Positions 16,340 through 24,488 of a stretch of 60,585 bases of DNA are shown one piece after another. The stretch's first letter is position 1, and every line of letters starts with the position of its first letter. The stretch lies in the IMG/VR virus record IMGVR_UViG_3300034069_001005, positions 1-60,585 of that record. One strand, 5' to 3'. Both the position numbers and the translations under genes were made by a program. Below the pieces are notes generated by a model, which worked only from the letters and a program-made list of their open reading frames with translations, was not told the DNA's origin and searched no databases. This DNA comes from a virus.

Positions 16340-18577
16340 ATGACGACCAAGGACTTTGTCGTGTTCGACGGAGCGACTCTGCTCCTGGACATCGCGGGCA
16401 GGCCCCGCAAGCCGGGGCAGGTGATTGCCCTGACGCCCTTGGAGGCCGAGTTCGAGCTACTGCGGCGCACGATTACCCCCTATGGAGGTCCCGATGGATC
16501 CACACCACCGGCCGACGGCTCGGAGGGGACCTCTCCTGACGCTGGCGCGGGCGGCGGCGGGGCCGCGGTGATTCCGCACGTCAGTCTCCTCACCGATCTC
16601 GGCCAGGATGTTGACGACGCCGCGGCCCTCGCCACCCTGATTCAGCTTCACAAGCTCGGCCAGATCGTCCTGCAATCGGTCGTCGCCACGCCCACGACAG
16701 GCCATGCCGCTTCGGTCGCGCAGCTGATGCTGGACTATGCCGGACTGACATCCGTGGCCGTTGGCGCTCGCAGGGGATCGGACGTCTCGCAGGCCGATTA
16801 CATGAACGCCGACCTGACCACGTTCTACGGCTATCCCGCGACCAACTCCGATTATCCGGATCCGGTGTCTGTCCTGCGCAAGTCGCTCGCCGCTGCCCCG
16901 GATGGCTCGGCTATCGTGTGCATTGTTGGGCCGATGCCCGACTTCTACGACCTTCTTAACTCATCCGCGGACGACATCGACGGACGCACAGGCAACGCCC
17001 TTGTAAAGGCGAAGTGTCAGAGGATCACATTCCAGGGTGGAGGCGATTACAACGCAAGCGCCGCGACCGTAGTGCAGACCTATGACTTCAACTGGTCCTC
17101 GCGCCCTGATACGGTCGACCCCGTATTCCAGGCGCTTCGGGCAATGCCGATGGAGGTGTGGTGCTCCGAGGGGCGTTGGGGCCAGGATGATGCCTTCTCT
17201 GGGCCGTTGCTTTCAGCGGCGGCGGTCAGCAACCCGCTTAAGAAGGCCTTTGACTTCTACCAGAGCAACAACGGCGCCTCGATCCGCGACACCGCAACGC
17301 GTCGCACACGGGCAAGCTGGGATGTGATCGCGGCCATATCTACGATCGGCCTCGGCGATCGGTTCACCCTGGCCCCGGGGTTCATGAGTTTCGATCAGCC
17401 GCACGACAACACCTCGACCTGGACTCGAGACGAGGCTGGCAATTTCAAATATCTGGTGCCGGCCAAGCCGGTGTCGGATGTCATTTCGGATCTTGAAGCC
17501 CTCTACGACGCCTATGACATCGGCCCGCAGGCTCCCTCCGCGCCCGTCATCACCGTCACCGAGGAGATCCAGGGCTCGGTCAAGATCGCCGTGCCGCCGC
17601 AGTTCTTCACGACCCTGACGTATGCCACCGACGGCGAGAGCTATGCGGCCTTGCCCGCCAGCGGTGTCGTAACGGGGCTCACCCCGGGCCACGCCTACAC
17701 GATCTCGGTCAAGGCCACGCGCTATGGAATGTCGAGCATCGCCACCAAGGCCTACACGACCAAGACTGTCGCCGCCGTCACAGCGATCGAGACGGTGCCG
17801 GGGGTGATCCGCCACTTCGACTTCACGGACAAGGCCTCGATCCTGCCGGCCAACGTCAGCGGCACGGTGCGCCTGACCTCCGTGGCCGACGCCACGGGCT
17901 CCGGTAAAGCCGCCGCGCCGGACGGCACGCAAGGACCCGTCTACGTGACCTCCAGCAGCTTCGGCGCCAACCGACCGGCCATCCGCTCGGTGAACGGCGA
18001 CACCGCTGGCGGCAACGTCGCAGGGGCCTACGCTCGCCTGTTCGGCGATCTTCCGGAGCTCGCCAATGCGACCGACTTTGCCGTGATCCTGACCGCCGCG
18101 GTCAACAATGACCGGAACGACAATGGGCGCATTTTCTCGATCGCCAATGCCGGAAGCCAGGACTGGAGCTCGGCGGGCGGGTTCGTCATCCAGGTGCCGT
18201 CGGCGGACCGGCAGTCGGTGCAGCTATACGGCGATCACCTGACGGGCGGATCGGCCGCGATGGCGCACGATACGCCCATGCTCCTCGGTGTCGTCGTGAA
18301 AGGTGGCTCGGCGCAGCTGCGCGTGGGCGGTGTCGACGTCGGAGATCCCATCGCCATCGGGGCCCTGGGAAGCGCGATGCCACAGTTTGGCTTGCTGCGC
18401 GAGGTCGATACGGACTCCGGCGCCGTCTTCGGTGACGTGGCGGGCCTGGTCATTATGCGGACCGCGCCGTCCCCCGCCAATCTGGCCTACATCGAAGCCA
18501 AACTGGCCTGGGGCGCGACAGGCGACGGGTCGCTGCTCCCCTCGGGGTCGACCTACAAGACGTCAGCCCCGGCCTGA
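16340..18577 (+). CDS. Multidomain moron protein: nucleoside-hydrolase-like (IUNH-like) domain + FN3-like + LamG/ConA-like lectin domain (putative)
   Basis: ATG 16340 with a GGAGG RBS 6 nt upstream, 745 aa. LLTDLGQDVDDAAALATL resembles the DxDxxxDDxxAL motif of inosine-uridine nucleoside hydrolases. The FN3-like segment is APSAPVITV...GLTPGHAYTISVKA. The C-terminal domain is LamG-like. GC3 is lower than in neighbours. Confidence 0.6.
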   Translation: MTTKDFVVFDGATLLLDIAGRPRKPGQVIALTPLEAEFELLRRTITPYGGPDGSTPPADGSEGTSPDAGAGGGGAAVIPHVSLLTDLGQDVDDAAALATLIQLHKLGQIVLQSVVATPTTGHAASVAQLMLDYAGLTSVAVGARRGSDVSQADYMNADLTTFYGYPATNSDYPDPVSVLRKSLAAAPDGSAIVCIVGPMPDFYDLLNSSADDIDGRTGNALVKAKCQRITFQGGGDYNASAATVVQTYDFNWSSRPDTVDPVFQALRAMPMEVWCSEGRWGQDDAFSGPLLSAAAVSNPLKKAFDFYQSNNGASIRDTATRRTRASWDVIAAISTIGLGDRFTLAPGFMSFDQPHDNTSTWTRDEAGNFKYLVPAKPVSDVISDLEALYDAYDIGPQAPSAPVITVTEEIQGSVKIAVPPQFFTTLTYATDGESYAALPASGVVTGLTPGHAYTISVKATRYGMSSIATKAYTTKTVAAVTAIETVPGVIRHFDFTDKASILPANVSGTVRLTSVADATGSGKAAAPDGTQGPVYVTSSSFGANRPAIRSVNGDTAGGNVAGAYARLFGDLPELANATDFAVILTAAVNNDRNDNGRIFSIANAGSQDWSSAGGFVIQVPSADRQSVQLYGDHLTGGSAAMAHDTPMLLGVVVKGGSAQLRVGGVDVGDPIAIGALGSAMPQFGLLREVDTDSGAVFGDVAGLVIMRTAPSPANLAYIEAKLAWGATGDGSLLPSGSTYKTSAPA

Positions 18578-19093
18578 TGCACGGCTCCGATGCGGGGGCC
18601 GCTTGCCCGGGGGCTGCGCCTCCGGGTGGTTCTTGGCCCAGACGCGGACCTGGTCGTAGGTGACGCCCCGAAGCGCCACCCACGCCCGCCGGCATTCCTC
18701 GATGTCGAGCAGCGCAATGTGCATATCCTCGAACGCCAGGCCGAGACGCTCGGCGAGGAAGCGGTAGCAGCGCCGCCGAGCCGTCTTGCTGATGATCGCC
18801 AGGCCCTTTCGATCCTTGGTGCTGTCGGCGTAGGCCTCATGGGCGTGGGCGACCTTCCAGAGCGGATCGAAGCGGCCGTGGAGCAGGATGCGCGCATTGC
18901 GGAGCTCGGGGCTCGCCGCGGTCCCGAGGGGCCTACCGTCCGGGTGCGAGCCGACGCGCGCGCTGCAGGCGGGGCAGCGCCATAGGATCTTGCCGGCCAG
19001 GTCGGGGCCCGCCTGGGGCCAGATGTCGATGCCCTGAACCTCCGCGCATTGGATCTCGCAATGAGCGCACATGCCGGGGGCGAGGCGCGTCAC
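18563..19093 (-). CDS. Zinc-finger protein (DUF3268-like)
   Basis: 176 aa with CAHCEIQC and CPACSARVGSH Cys pairs, then PLGTAASPELRNARILLHGRFDPLW. It is the last gene of the leftward operon and has a 15-nt convergent overlap with 16340..18577. Confidence 0.6.
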   Translation of the reverse strand: MTRLAPGMCAHCEIQCAEVQGIDIWPQAGPDLAGKILWRCPACSARVGSHPDGRPLGTAASPELRNARILLHGRFDPLWKVAHAHEAYADSTKDRKGLAIISKTARRRCYRFLAERLGLAFEDMHIALLDIEECRRAWVALRGVTYDQVRVWAKNHPEAQPPGKRPPHRSRASGRG

Positions 19094-19500
19094 CGGCGCG
19101 TCCCCCGCGTCCGCGCGGCCTGGACGACGTGCTCGCCCATCTCCTCATCGCCGGAGCAGGCGTGGAGCGCCTGGGCCAGGGCCAGGGGGTCGATGCGATG
19201 GCCGAGCCACCAGGCGCGCTCATTGCCGGCATGCTGCGCGTCCGGCGCCTCCCGGTGATGCGGGGCGCACAGGGGCACCGCCCATCGGTCGTCGGGCTTC
19301 ACCCCCATGCCGGCCGTCGTCTTGCCGTAGGCGGGCTCCGCATAGCGGACGTGGGCCGCTTCGACGTGGATCCGCTTGCCGCACACGGCGCAGGGCAGCG
19401 ATCGGACGAAGGCCAGGTGCTTGGCCTCCTCCTGCCGGCCACCCTTGCGCGGCTTGTCGCGGGTGAAGGCCTCGGGATGGCGAGGGATCCGGAAGCCCAT
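19090..19500 (-). CDS. HNH-like zinc-binding protein (DUF968/NinG-like)
   Basis: 136 aa from the internal ATG (MGFRIPRHP...). The Cys/His pattern is LPCAVCG...AAHV...GMGVKPDDRWAVPLCAPHH. Stop/start overlaps on both sides. Confidence 0.55.
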   Translation of the reverse strand: MGFRIPRHPEAFTRDKPRKGGRQEEAKHLAFVRSLPCAVCGKRIHVEAAHVRYAEPAYGKTTAGMGVKPDDRWAVPLCAPHHREAPDAQHAGNERAWWLGHRIDPLALAQALHACSGDEEMGEHVVQAARTRGTRR

Positions 19501-19679
19501 CACGTCCTCCCCAGGATGAAGATCGCCAGGGCCACGCTGGCCAAAGCGATGCCGAGGCGCACCGTGATCCGGCCATCCATACGGGTGCCGCGCTCCACGG
19601 CCATGCCGAGGAGAGACGACGACACGGCCACCAGGAAGATGGCGAGCGCGGTGAGGCCGACGGCCTGGTGATGCGTCAT
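19500..19679 (-). CDS. Small two-helix membrane protein, 59 aa (below the ORF-track cut-off)
   Basis: MTHHQAVGLTALAIFLVAVSSSLLGMAVERGTRMDGRITVRLGIALASVALAIFILGRT. GGAGAAGG RBS. ATGA overlap with the exonuclease stop, and its TGA shares one base with the next ATG. Confidence 0.45.
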   Translation of the reverse strand: MTHHQAVGLTALAIFLVAVSSSLLGMAVERGTRMDGRITVRLGIALASVALAIFILGRT

Positions 19680-20302
19680 GGCCTTCTCCAGGAGGTATCG
19701 AGGACTGGCGGGCGGGCGCTGGGGGCCGGCAGCAGCCCCTCACGCTCCAGGGCTTGCGCGATGCGGGCGGCGGCCATGATGTCCTCCTCCGCATCGTGGC
19801 GCGTGTCGAAGGGCATCTCCGGATAGAACCGGCGGTGCGCCTCCTCGAGGCTGGGAAACTTGAGGCCGAACTGTCCCTTGATCCCGCAGAGGCTCGTGGA
19901 GAGCTCCATTGTGCAGGCCATGGAGGCGCCGCGCTTGCGGAACCACAGATCGTCCGCTCGCAGGCGGCCGAGCTCGGCCGCCACAATGGCGCGGTCGAAC
20001 TCCTGATGGTGGCCGATCAGCTGGAGCGCGTTGGCGGCGAGGCCCTGGAAGCCGGCCAGGGCCACGGCGATCGGCACGCCGAACTTCGCGCATCGCGCCT
20101 CCGAGATGCCGTGGACGGCCTCGGCCTCGCGCTCGATCGACCAGCCGTCGGGCTTGATCAGGGTGATCAGCTTCCCGACGGGCCGCCACTTCATGTCGAA
20201 CAGAATGGCGCCCAGCTGCACCATGTTCGGCTGCGCCTGATCGGCGCCTGGTAGTCCGGGCTTGAGCAAGCCGCTGGTCTCAGTGTCCCATACGAGGCGC
20301 AT
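19676..20302 (-). CDS. DEDDh 3'-5' exonuclease (DnaQ/epsilon-like)
   Basis: Exo I VWDTETSGL, Exo II GHHQEFDRAI and Exo III RHDAEEDIMAAARI motifs. Confidence 0.8.
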   Translation of the reverse strand: MRLVWDTETSGLLKPGLPGADQAQPNMVQLGAILFDMKWRPVGKLITLIKPDGWSIEREAEAVHGISEARCAKFGVPIAVALAGFQGLAANALQLIGHHQEFDRAIVAAELGRLRADDLWFRKRGASMACTMELSTSLCGIKGQFGLKFPSLEEAHRRFYPEMPFDTRHDAEEDIMAAARIAQALEREGLLPAPSARPPVLDTSWRRP

Positions 20303-20305
20303 CGG

Positions 20306-21802
20306 TCAGAGCTTTCCTCGCGCGGCCCGGTATTTCGCGGCCGCCGTGTCGATCAGGCCCATCGCCGTCTTCTGGAAGTCCGGCCCCTTCACCTTGATGG
20401 CCTCGCGGTAGGAGTCCTCGACGTCGCGGACCTCGATCGCCGACTTGGCCTTGCCGAGGTCCCGGACGATGTTGCCGAGGAGTTTCTTCTCGGCGGGCTT
20501 CCAATCGCCCGCCGGGATGCCGGCATCGGCTACAGGTGCAGTTCGTGCTTCCGCACCAGGTCCCGCTCCATCGCTATCTGCTGGAGCGCCGCCACCGGAC
20601 ACGCCGACACCGCCTCCAGCATCACCCGCTGCCGCAGGACCAGCTTCGGGCTGGGGCCCGCGTTCTGCCCCCTGGCTCTCGCCGACTGCCACCGCCGTAT
20701 CACCTTGCGGAGCGTCCTTGCGCGGATCCTCTCCGCCCGCGCGTCCAGATGATCCTTCAACGCTCCCGCCATCGCGTCCATCAGATCCTGCCCCACGAGC
20801 CTTCCCCGGAACGGCATCAGCCGGCGCTCGATTTCCCGCGCCTCCACCAGGCGCTCCGCGCGCCGTGCCGCCTTGCGGTTCTTGGCGCGATACCGTTTCC
20901 CCATTGCTCCTGCCCCCACCCTGGCCGGCTCCCGCCGACTCGCGTCCTGCCTGGACCTTGCTGCCCAGATCTATCGAAGCCCGCTTGGCTGTCACCGACG
21001 GAAGATTGCCGAAAACCTGCCTTTGGGTTGTGTCCCCATCACGAAGGGCCGTCAGTGTCCCGCGCATGATGAGCATGTGTTTCGGTTCGATTTGCTCGGC
21101 ATTGTTGACGCCGAGCATCTCCAGCACAAGCGCCTCCTCGATCCCTATTGCGGCATATGCCTTGAGAGCGGTACGGCGTCTGGCCTCAATGGATTCAAAT
21201 GTTCCCGCAATAAGCGAAGATGCCGCGGCGTAGGCCGGTTTCCATAGTGGCCCGGGGATTCCTTTCAGGATCGCGTTTCGGAGGGCAATCGACATCGCGG
21301 CCGCGCTTGTGACGCCGATCATATCGACGCCGTATCGCTTGCCGGTTGAGGTGACGATCCGACGCTTGACCTCGACCGAGACCGCAATGTTGCGCTCCAG
21401 GTCGTGGAACAGACCCTGCGCCGTCAGAAACTCGGACCCCTCCTCGATCAGCCGGCTCGCATAGCGGCTGTTCCCCCAGCAGGAGCCGACGAGCTCGGCG
21501 AAACGCACCGACGGGCCGACGATCTCGTTATCGGAGCCCTTCCGCTTGGGGAGGGCGTAGATGCACTCCATGGCGGTGTCCTCGTCTGCGATGACCAGGT
21601 TCTTGGTGAGGCCGATGAAACCGCGGACGTCCCGCGGGTACTTCCGAGCGGTGGCGACCTGCTGATTGATCTCCCGCTCGTGGATGAGGAGGTTCGCCTG
21701 GGGCTCGATCGCCGCCAGGATCCCGCCTCCGCCGCTCGCGCCGCCCGCGGGCTGGTCGTAGCCGGCATCATCGAACCGGCCGTCCATCTCGTCGTCCGCC
21801 AT
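20306..21802 (-). CDS. Recombination-module protein (single-strand-annealing candidate) with ~160-aa Gly/Ala/Pro/Arg-rich linker; gene model uncertain
   Basis: 498 aa from ATG 21802 (ATGA overlap with the RecE-like gene). The N-domain (~270 aa) and the C-terminal 66 aa look genuine. The linker (about 20520-20990) has only ~48% GC3 and overlaps an alternative-frame ORF with 88% GC3. Confidence 0.55.
   Translation of the reverse strand: MADDEMDGRFDDAGYDQPAGGASGGGGILAAIEPQANLLIHEREINQQVATARKYPRDVRGFIGLTKNLVIADEDTAMECIYALPKRKGSDNEIVGPSVRFAELVGSCWGNSRYASRLIEEGSEFLTAQGLFHDLERNIAVSVEVKRRIVTSTGKRYGVDMIGVTSAAAMSIALRNAILKGIPGPLWKPAYAAASSLIAGTFESIEARRRTALKAYAAIGIEEALVLEMLGVNNAEQIEPKHMLIMRGTLTALRDGDTTQRQVFGNLPSVTAKRASIDLGSKVQAGRESAGAGQGGGRSNGETVSRQEPQGGTARGAPGGGAGNRAPADAVPGKARGAGSDGRDGGSVEGSSGRAGGEDPRKDAPQGDTAVAVGESQGAERGPQPEAGPAAAGDAGGGVGVSGGGAPADSDGAGPGAEARTAPVADAGIPAGDWKPAEKKLLGNIVRDLGKAKSAIEVRDVEDSYREAIKVKGPDFQKTAMGLIDTAAAKYRAARGKL
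20530..20919 (-). CDS. Alternative-frame ORF nested in the linker of 20306..21802 (129 aa from GTG 20919; 124 aa from ATG 20904)
   Basis: Natural-looking helical sequence (MGKRYRAKNRKAARRAERLVEAREIERRLMPFRGRLVGQDLMDAMAGALKDHL...). By hand count, 109/124 codons end in G/C, against 59/124 for the long frame over the same bases. Confidence 0.45.
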   Translation of the reverse strand: MGAGAMGKRYRAKNRKAARRAERLVEAREIERRLMPFRGRLVGQDLMDAMAGALKDHLDARAERIRARTLRKVIRRWQSARARGQNAGPSPKLVLRQRVMLEAVSACPVAALQQIAMERDLVRKHELHL

Positions 21803-22764
21803 CAGAAGCTCCTTGGGATGGTGCCGCGCTCTATGGCTTCCTCGATCGTCTTGAGGGCATAGGGCCGGCGGTAAACGGGGATCGCATCGTCCGCCTCGTA
21901 GGCGGGCCAGTGCTCGGTGCGGAAGCATTCGGCCGCCAGGTTGATGGCCGCGCGCAGCATCAGGACGGCGCGCTCGACCTCATCGTGGGGGATCGGCGCG
22001 ATGCGGACCGCGTGGGGGCGGTCGTTCTCGACCACGACCAGGACGAAGTCCTCCATGGCGCGGCCCAGGAGATGGCGCATGCCGACCGCGGCGAGCGCCA
22101 TCTGGATGTCGTAGCCGGCATCGTAGATCGACCTGGACAGCGAGTCCGTGTCGCCCGCGCGCAGGCACTTGAGATCGGCCAGGATGTTCGACCCCGTGGG
22201 GATCGCGTCCGGCCGGGACTTGAGCCAGAGCTTGGTCCGCGGGTCGCGCCAGATCAGCGAGAGCTCCAGGTCGCCGTCGAGGATGCCTTGCTCGTAGAGG
22301 GGATGACGGCGGAGCGAGGCGGCGATGCCGGAGACCCGCAGCATCTCCTCGCCCTCCATGACGGTGAACCCCTCGATGGTCATCTCCGCGCGCCAGGCCT
22401 TGGCGGCCGCGGTGCGCCAGCTGTCCCATTGAGGCGGCCGCGTTTTGAACTGCTCCTTGAACAGGTGAGGCTCGAGCAGGAGGGTGTGCGCCGCGCGGCC
22501 GATGCGGAGCGCCTCGCCCTCCACCTCCGGATCGGGCCGGCGGTTGGGGTTGAAGGGGCTCACGTCCCAATAGTGGGCGGGCGTCTTCTTCCAGAGGGTC
22601 CGGAGCCCCGACGAGGACATGCACGGCCCATCGGTGCATGCGTCGTGATACCAGCCGATTGGCATGTCGTAGAGGCCGTCTTCCGTCACGATCTCCCCGT
22701 GACGGATCTTGCGGACCTCGACGGGCCCGCTCTCGCCCTGGACGAATTGCGGGGCGAAGCTCAT
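21802..22764 (-). CDS. PD-(D/E)XK exonuclease, RecE C-terminal/DUF3799-like
   Basis: 320 aa. The pattern SRPDAIPTGSNILADLKC (D...DLK) and surrounding residues fit RecE-like PD-(D/E)XK phage exonucleases. Confidence 0.75.
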   Translation of the reverse strand: MSFAPQFVQGESGPVEVRKIRHGEIVTEDGLYDMPIGWYHDACTDGPCMSSSGLRTLWKKTPAHYWDVSPFNPNRRPDPEVEGEALRIGRAAHTLLLEPHLFKEQFKTRPPQWDSWRTAAAKAWRAEMTIEGFTVMEGEEMLRVSGIAASLRRHPLYEQGILDGDLELSLIWRDPRTKLWLKSRPDAIPTGSNILADLKCLRAGDTDSLSRSIYDAGYDIQMALAAVGMRHLLGRAMEDFVLVVVENDRPHAVRIAPIPHDEVERAVLMLRAAINLAAECFRTEHWPAYEADDAIPVYRRPYALKTIEEAIERGTIPRSF

Positions 22765-22925
22765 GGCTGCGCGCCCGCGAGATAGGCGGCCACGATGGCA
22801 AGCACCATGAGGGCCAAAGATCCGAGCGGCGGCTGTGAGGGCTTCCGCTTCTCCTCCTCGGTTGCCGTCGCCGCGGCGAACAACCCGATCAGGAGCGCAA
22901 GCAGCACGAGGAACGCCCGGGTCAA
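22761..22925 (-). CDS. Small two-helix membrane protein, 54 aa (below the ORF-track cut-off)
   Basis: (TTG)TRAFLVLLALLIGLFAAATATEEEKRKPSQPPLGSLALMVLAIVAAYLAGAQP. GGGGAGGTG RBS 7 nt upstream. Start and stop overlap the flanking genes. Confidence 0.4.
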   Translation of the reverse strand: MTRAFLVLLALLIGLFAAATATEEEKRKPSQPPLGSLALMVLAIVAAYLAGAQP

Positions 22926-24244
22926 GACGCCACCTCCCCGTCGACCATCACGATCGCGTTGGCATCGTGGGGGCTGATGGTCTCCGCCCAGACTTGGAAC
23001 CCCTGCTCGGCCGCGGCCTCGCCGATGATCGCCCAGGCCTCGTCATCCAGCATGGCGCCCTGGCGGACACGGATCACCTTGAGGCGCGGGTTCATGGCCA
23101 TACCGATTGCCATGGAGGTCCGCAGCTGCTCGGCGGTGGAGCCCTGGCTGAAGGGGACGCCCCGGAGCATCACCCGGCCGTCCAGGATCGACAGGCCAGA
23201 GACCGGAAAGTCGGCGCCGCCGATCGCGTCAGCAACGCTCTTGTCGATCGCCGCGATGGCCGCGTCGTAGCGCGCCACGCTGTCGGCGCAGGCCTTGGCC
23301 CGGCGCGCCAGGTCCGCGCGATTGGCGAGCGCCGCGACGGCGCGGTTCGTCTCCGTCGCCTCCGCAATCTGGATCTCGATCCGAGCGCCGTCCGGCTCCG
23401 CCTCGAGCTCGGGCAGGGCCCGGACCTCGTCCTCGATCTCCGCGATCATCTCGCCATGGTCGGCCGCCAAACGATCCAGGCGGTCGGCCTCCTCGCGTAG
23501 ATCCTTGGCCTTCTCGATCCACCGGAGCCGCTCATCCCGCATGACCTCGGCGGAATTGATGCGCGCGGTGCGGGCGGACCGCTCCCGCGCGATGGCGGCC
23601 GTCGTCTCACCGATCGCCCGGAGCTCGGCCACAAGCGCCGCCGTGTCGATCGCCTCGGTGGGCGTCCCGGCCGGCACGTCGACCGCATCCGCGGCCGCCT
23701 GGAGTCGCTTGGCCTCGCGGCGCTCCTCGGTGCGATGATCGAACGCCAGCTTGCGCCCGGCGTCCGCGGCGGCGAAGTCGAAGTCGGGCACCAGGCCGCG
23801 CAGGATGGCCGCCTGCTCGTCATCCTTGGCCCGGCAGAACGCCTCCGGATCGAAGGACATCCCGTTGACGATGCTGTCGAGCAGCGTCTGGGCCCCCTTG
23901 GGCTGGAAGCCGTCGGCATCCTCGACCCGAAGCGTCGTCTTGAACGCGCCATCCTCGCTCGGGCGGAACGTCCTGGTGAGCCGCAGCTGGAGGCCTTCGT
24001 CGTTGCCGAGGTCCATGCGGATCATGGCGTGCTGGACGCCCTCACCCTTGCGGATCGGCTCCCATGGGATCTTCTTGCCGCCGCCAATCGCCATCTCGAT
24101 GGAGTCGAGCAGCGATGTCTTGCCCTGGCGATTGCGGCCAGAAACCTCGACCAGGCCCGTGCCTGGCTGGATGCGGACCACGCGGATCCGCTTGACGTTC
24201 TCGACCTCCAGGCCGAGCACGCGGAGATCGTTGAGCTTACCCAT
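22922..24244 (-). CDS. SMC/Rad50-like ATPase (AAA_23-type)
   Basis: 440 aa. Walker A GRNRQGKTS, a ~200-aa coiled-coil middle, a signature-like FSQGSTAEQL, and Walker B VIRVRQGAMLDDE. Confidence 0.75.
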   Translation of the reverse strand: MGKLNDLRVLGLEVENVKRIRVVRIQPGTGLVEVSGRNRQGKTSLLDSIEMAIGGGKKIPWEPIRKGEGVQHAMIRMDLGNDEGLQLRLTRTFRPSEDGAFKTTLRVEDADGFQPKGAQTLLDSIVNGMSFDPEAFCRAKDDEQAAILRGLVPDFDFAAADAGRKLAFDHRTEERREAKRLQAAADAVDVPAGTPTEAIDTAALVAELRAIGETTAAIARERSARTARINSAEVMRDERLRWIEKAKDLREEADRLDRLAADHGEMIAEIEDEVRALPELEAEPDGARIEIQIAEATETNRAVAALANRADLARRAKACADSVARYDAAIAAIDKSVADAIGGADFPVSGLSILDGRVMLRGVPFSQGSTAEQLRTSMAIGMAMNPRLKVIRVRQGAMLDDEAWAIIGEAAAEQGFQVWAETISPHDANAIVMVDGEVAS

Positions 24245-24488
24245 CGGCCTGTTCCCTCCCCTTGGCAGTGGGACGCGGCCCCTGCCGCTTGTCCGTCTTG
24301 GTTGTCTCCCGGTTCCACCAGGAGCGCGCGGCCCCCAGGGCGACGGGGGCGGTCGCCGCGAAGAACGGCATGCAGACGTCGGCCGCGCCGGCGCGGCGCG
24401 TGATGGTGAGCATCACGAGATGCCGGCGGCCCTCGGCCTGGTCGGGATCATCGGAGGTGAACCCCTCGAAGCGGACGGCCATGGTCAC
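24237..24488 (-). CDS. Hypothetical protein, 83 aa
   Basis: GTG start overlapping the upstream stop (GTGA), and an 8-nt overlap with the ATPase start. Confidence 0.45.
   Translation of the reverse strand: MTMAVRFEGFTSDDPDQAEGRRHLVMLTITRRAGAADVCMPFFAATAPVALGAARSWWNRETTKTDKRQGPRPTAKGREQADG

Noticed and set aside
21980-22801. 273-aa minus-strand ORF overlapping the RecE-like gene
   Set aside because: It is an alternative frame of a gene with a clear PD-(D/E)XK signature, and the translation is Arg/Pro/Gly-rich.
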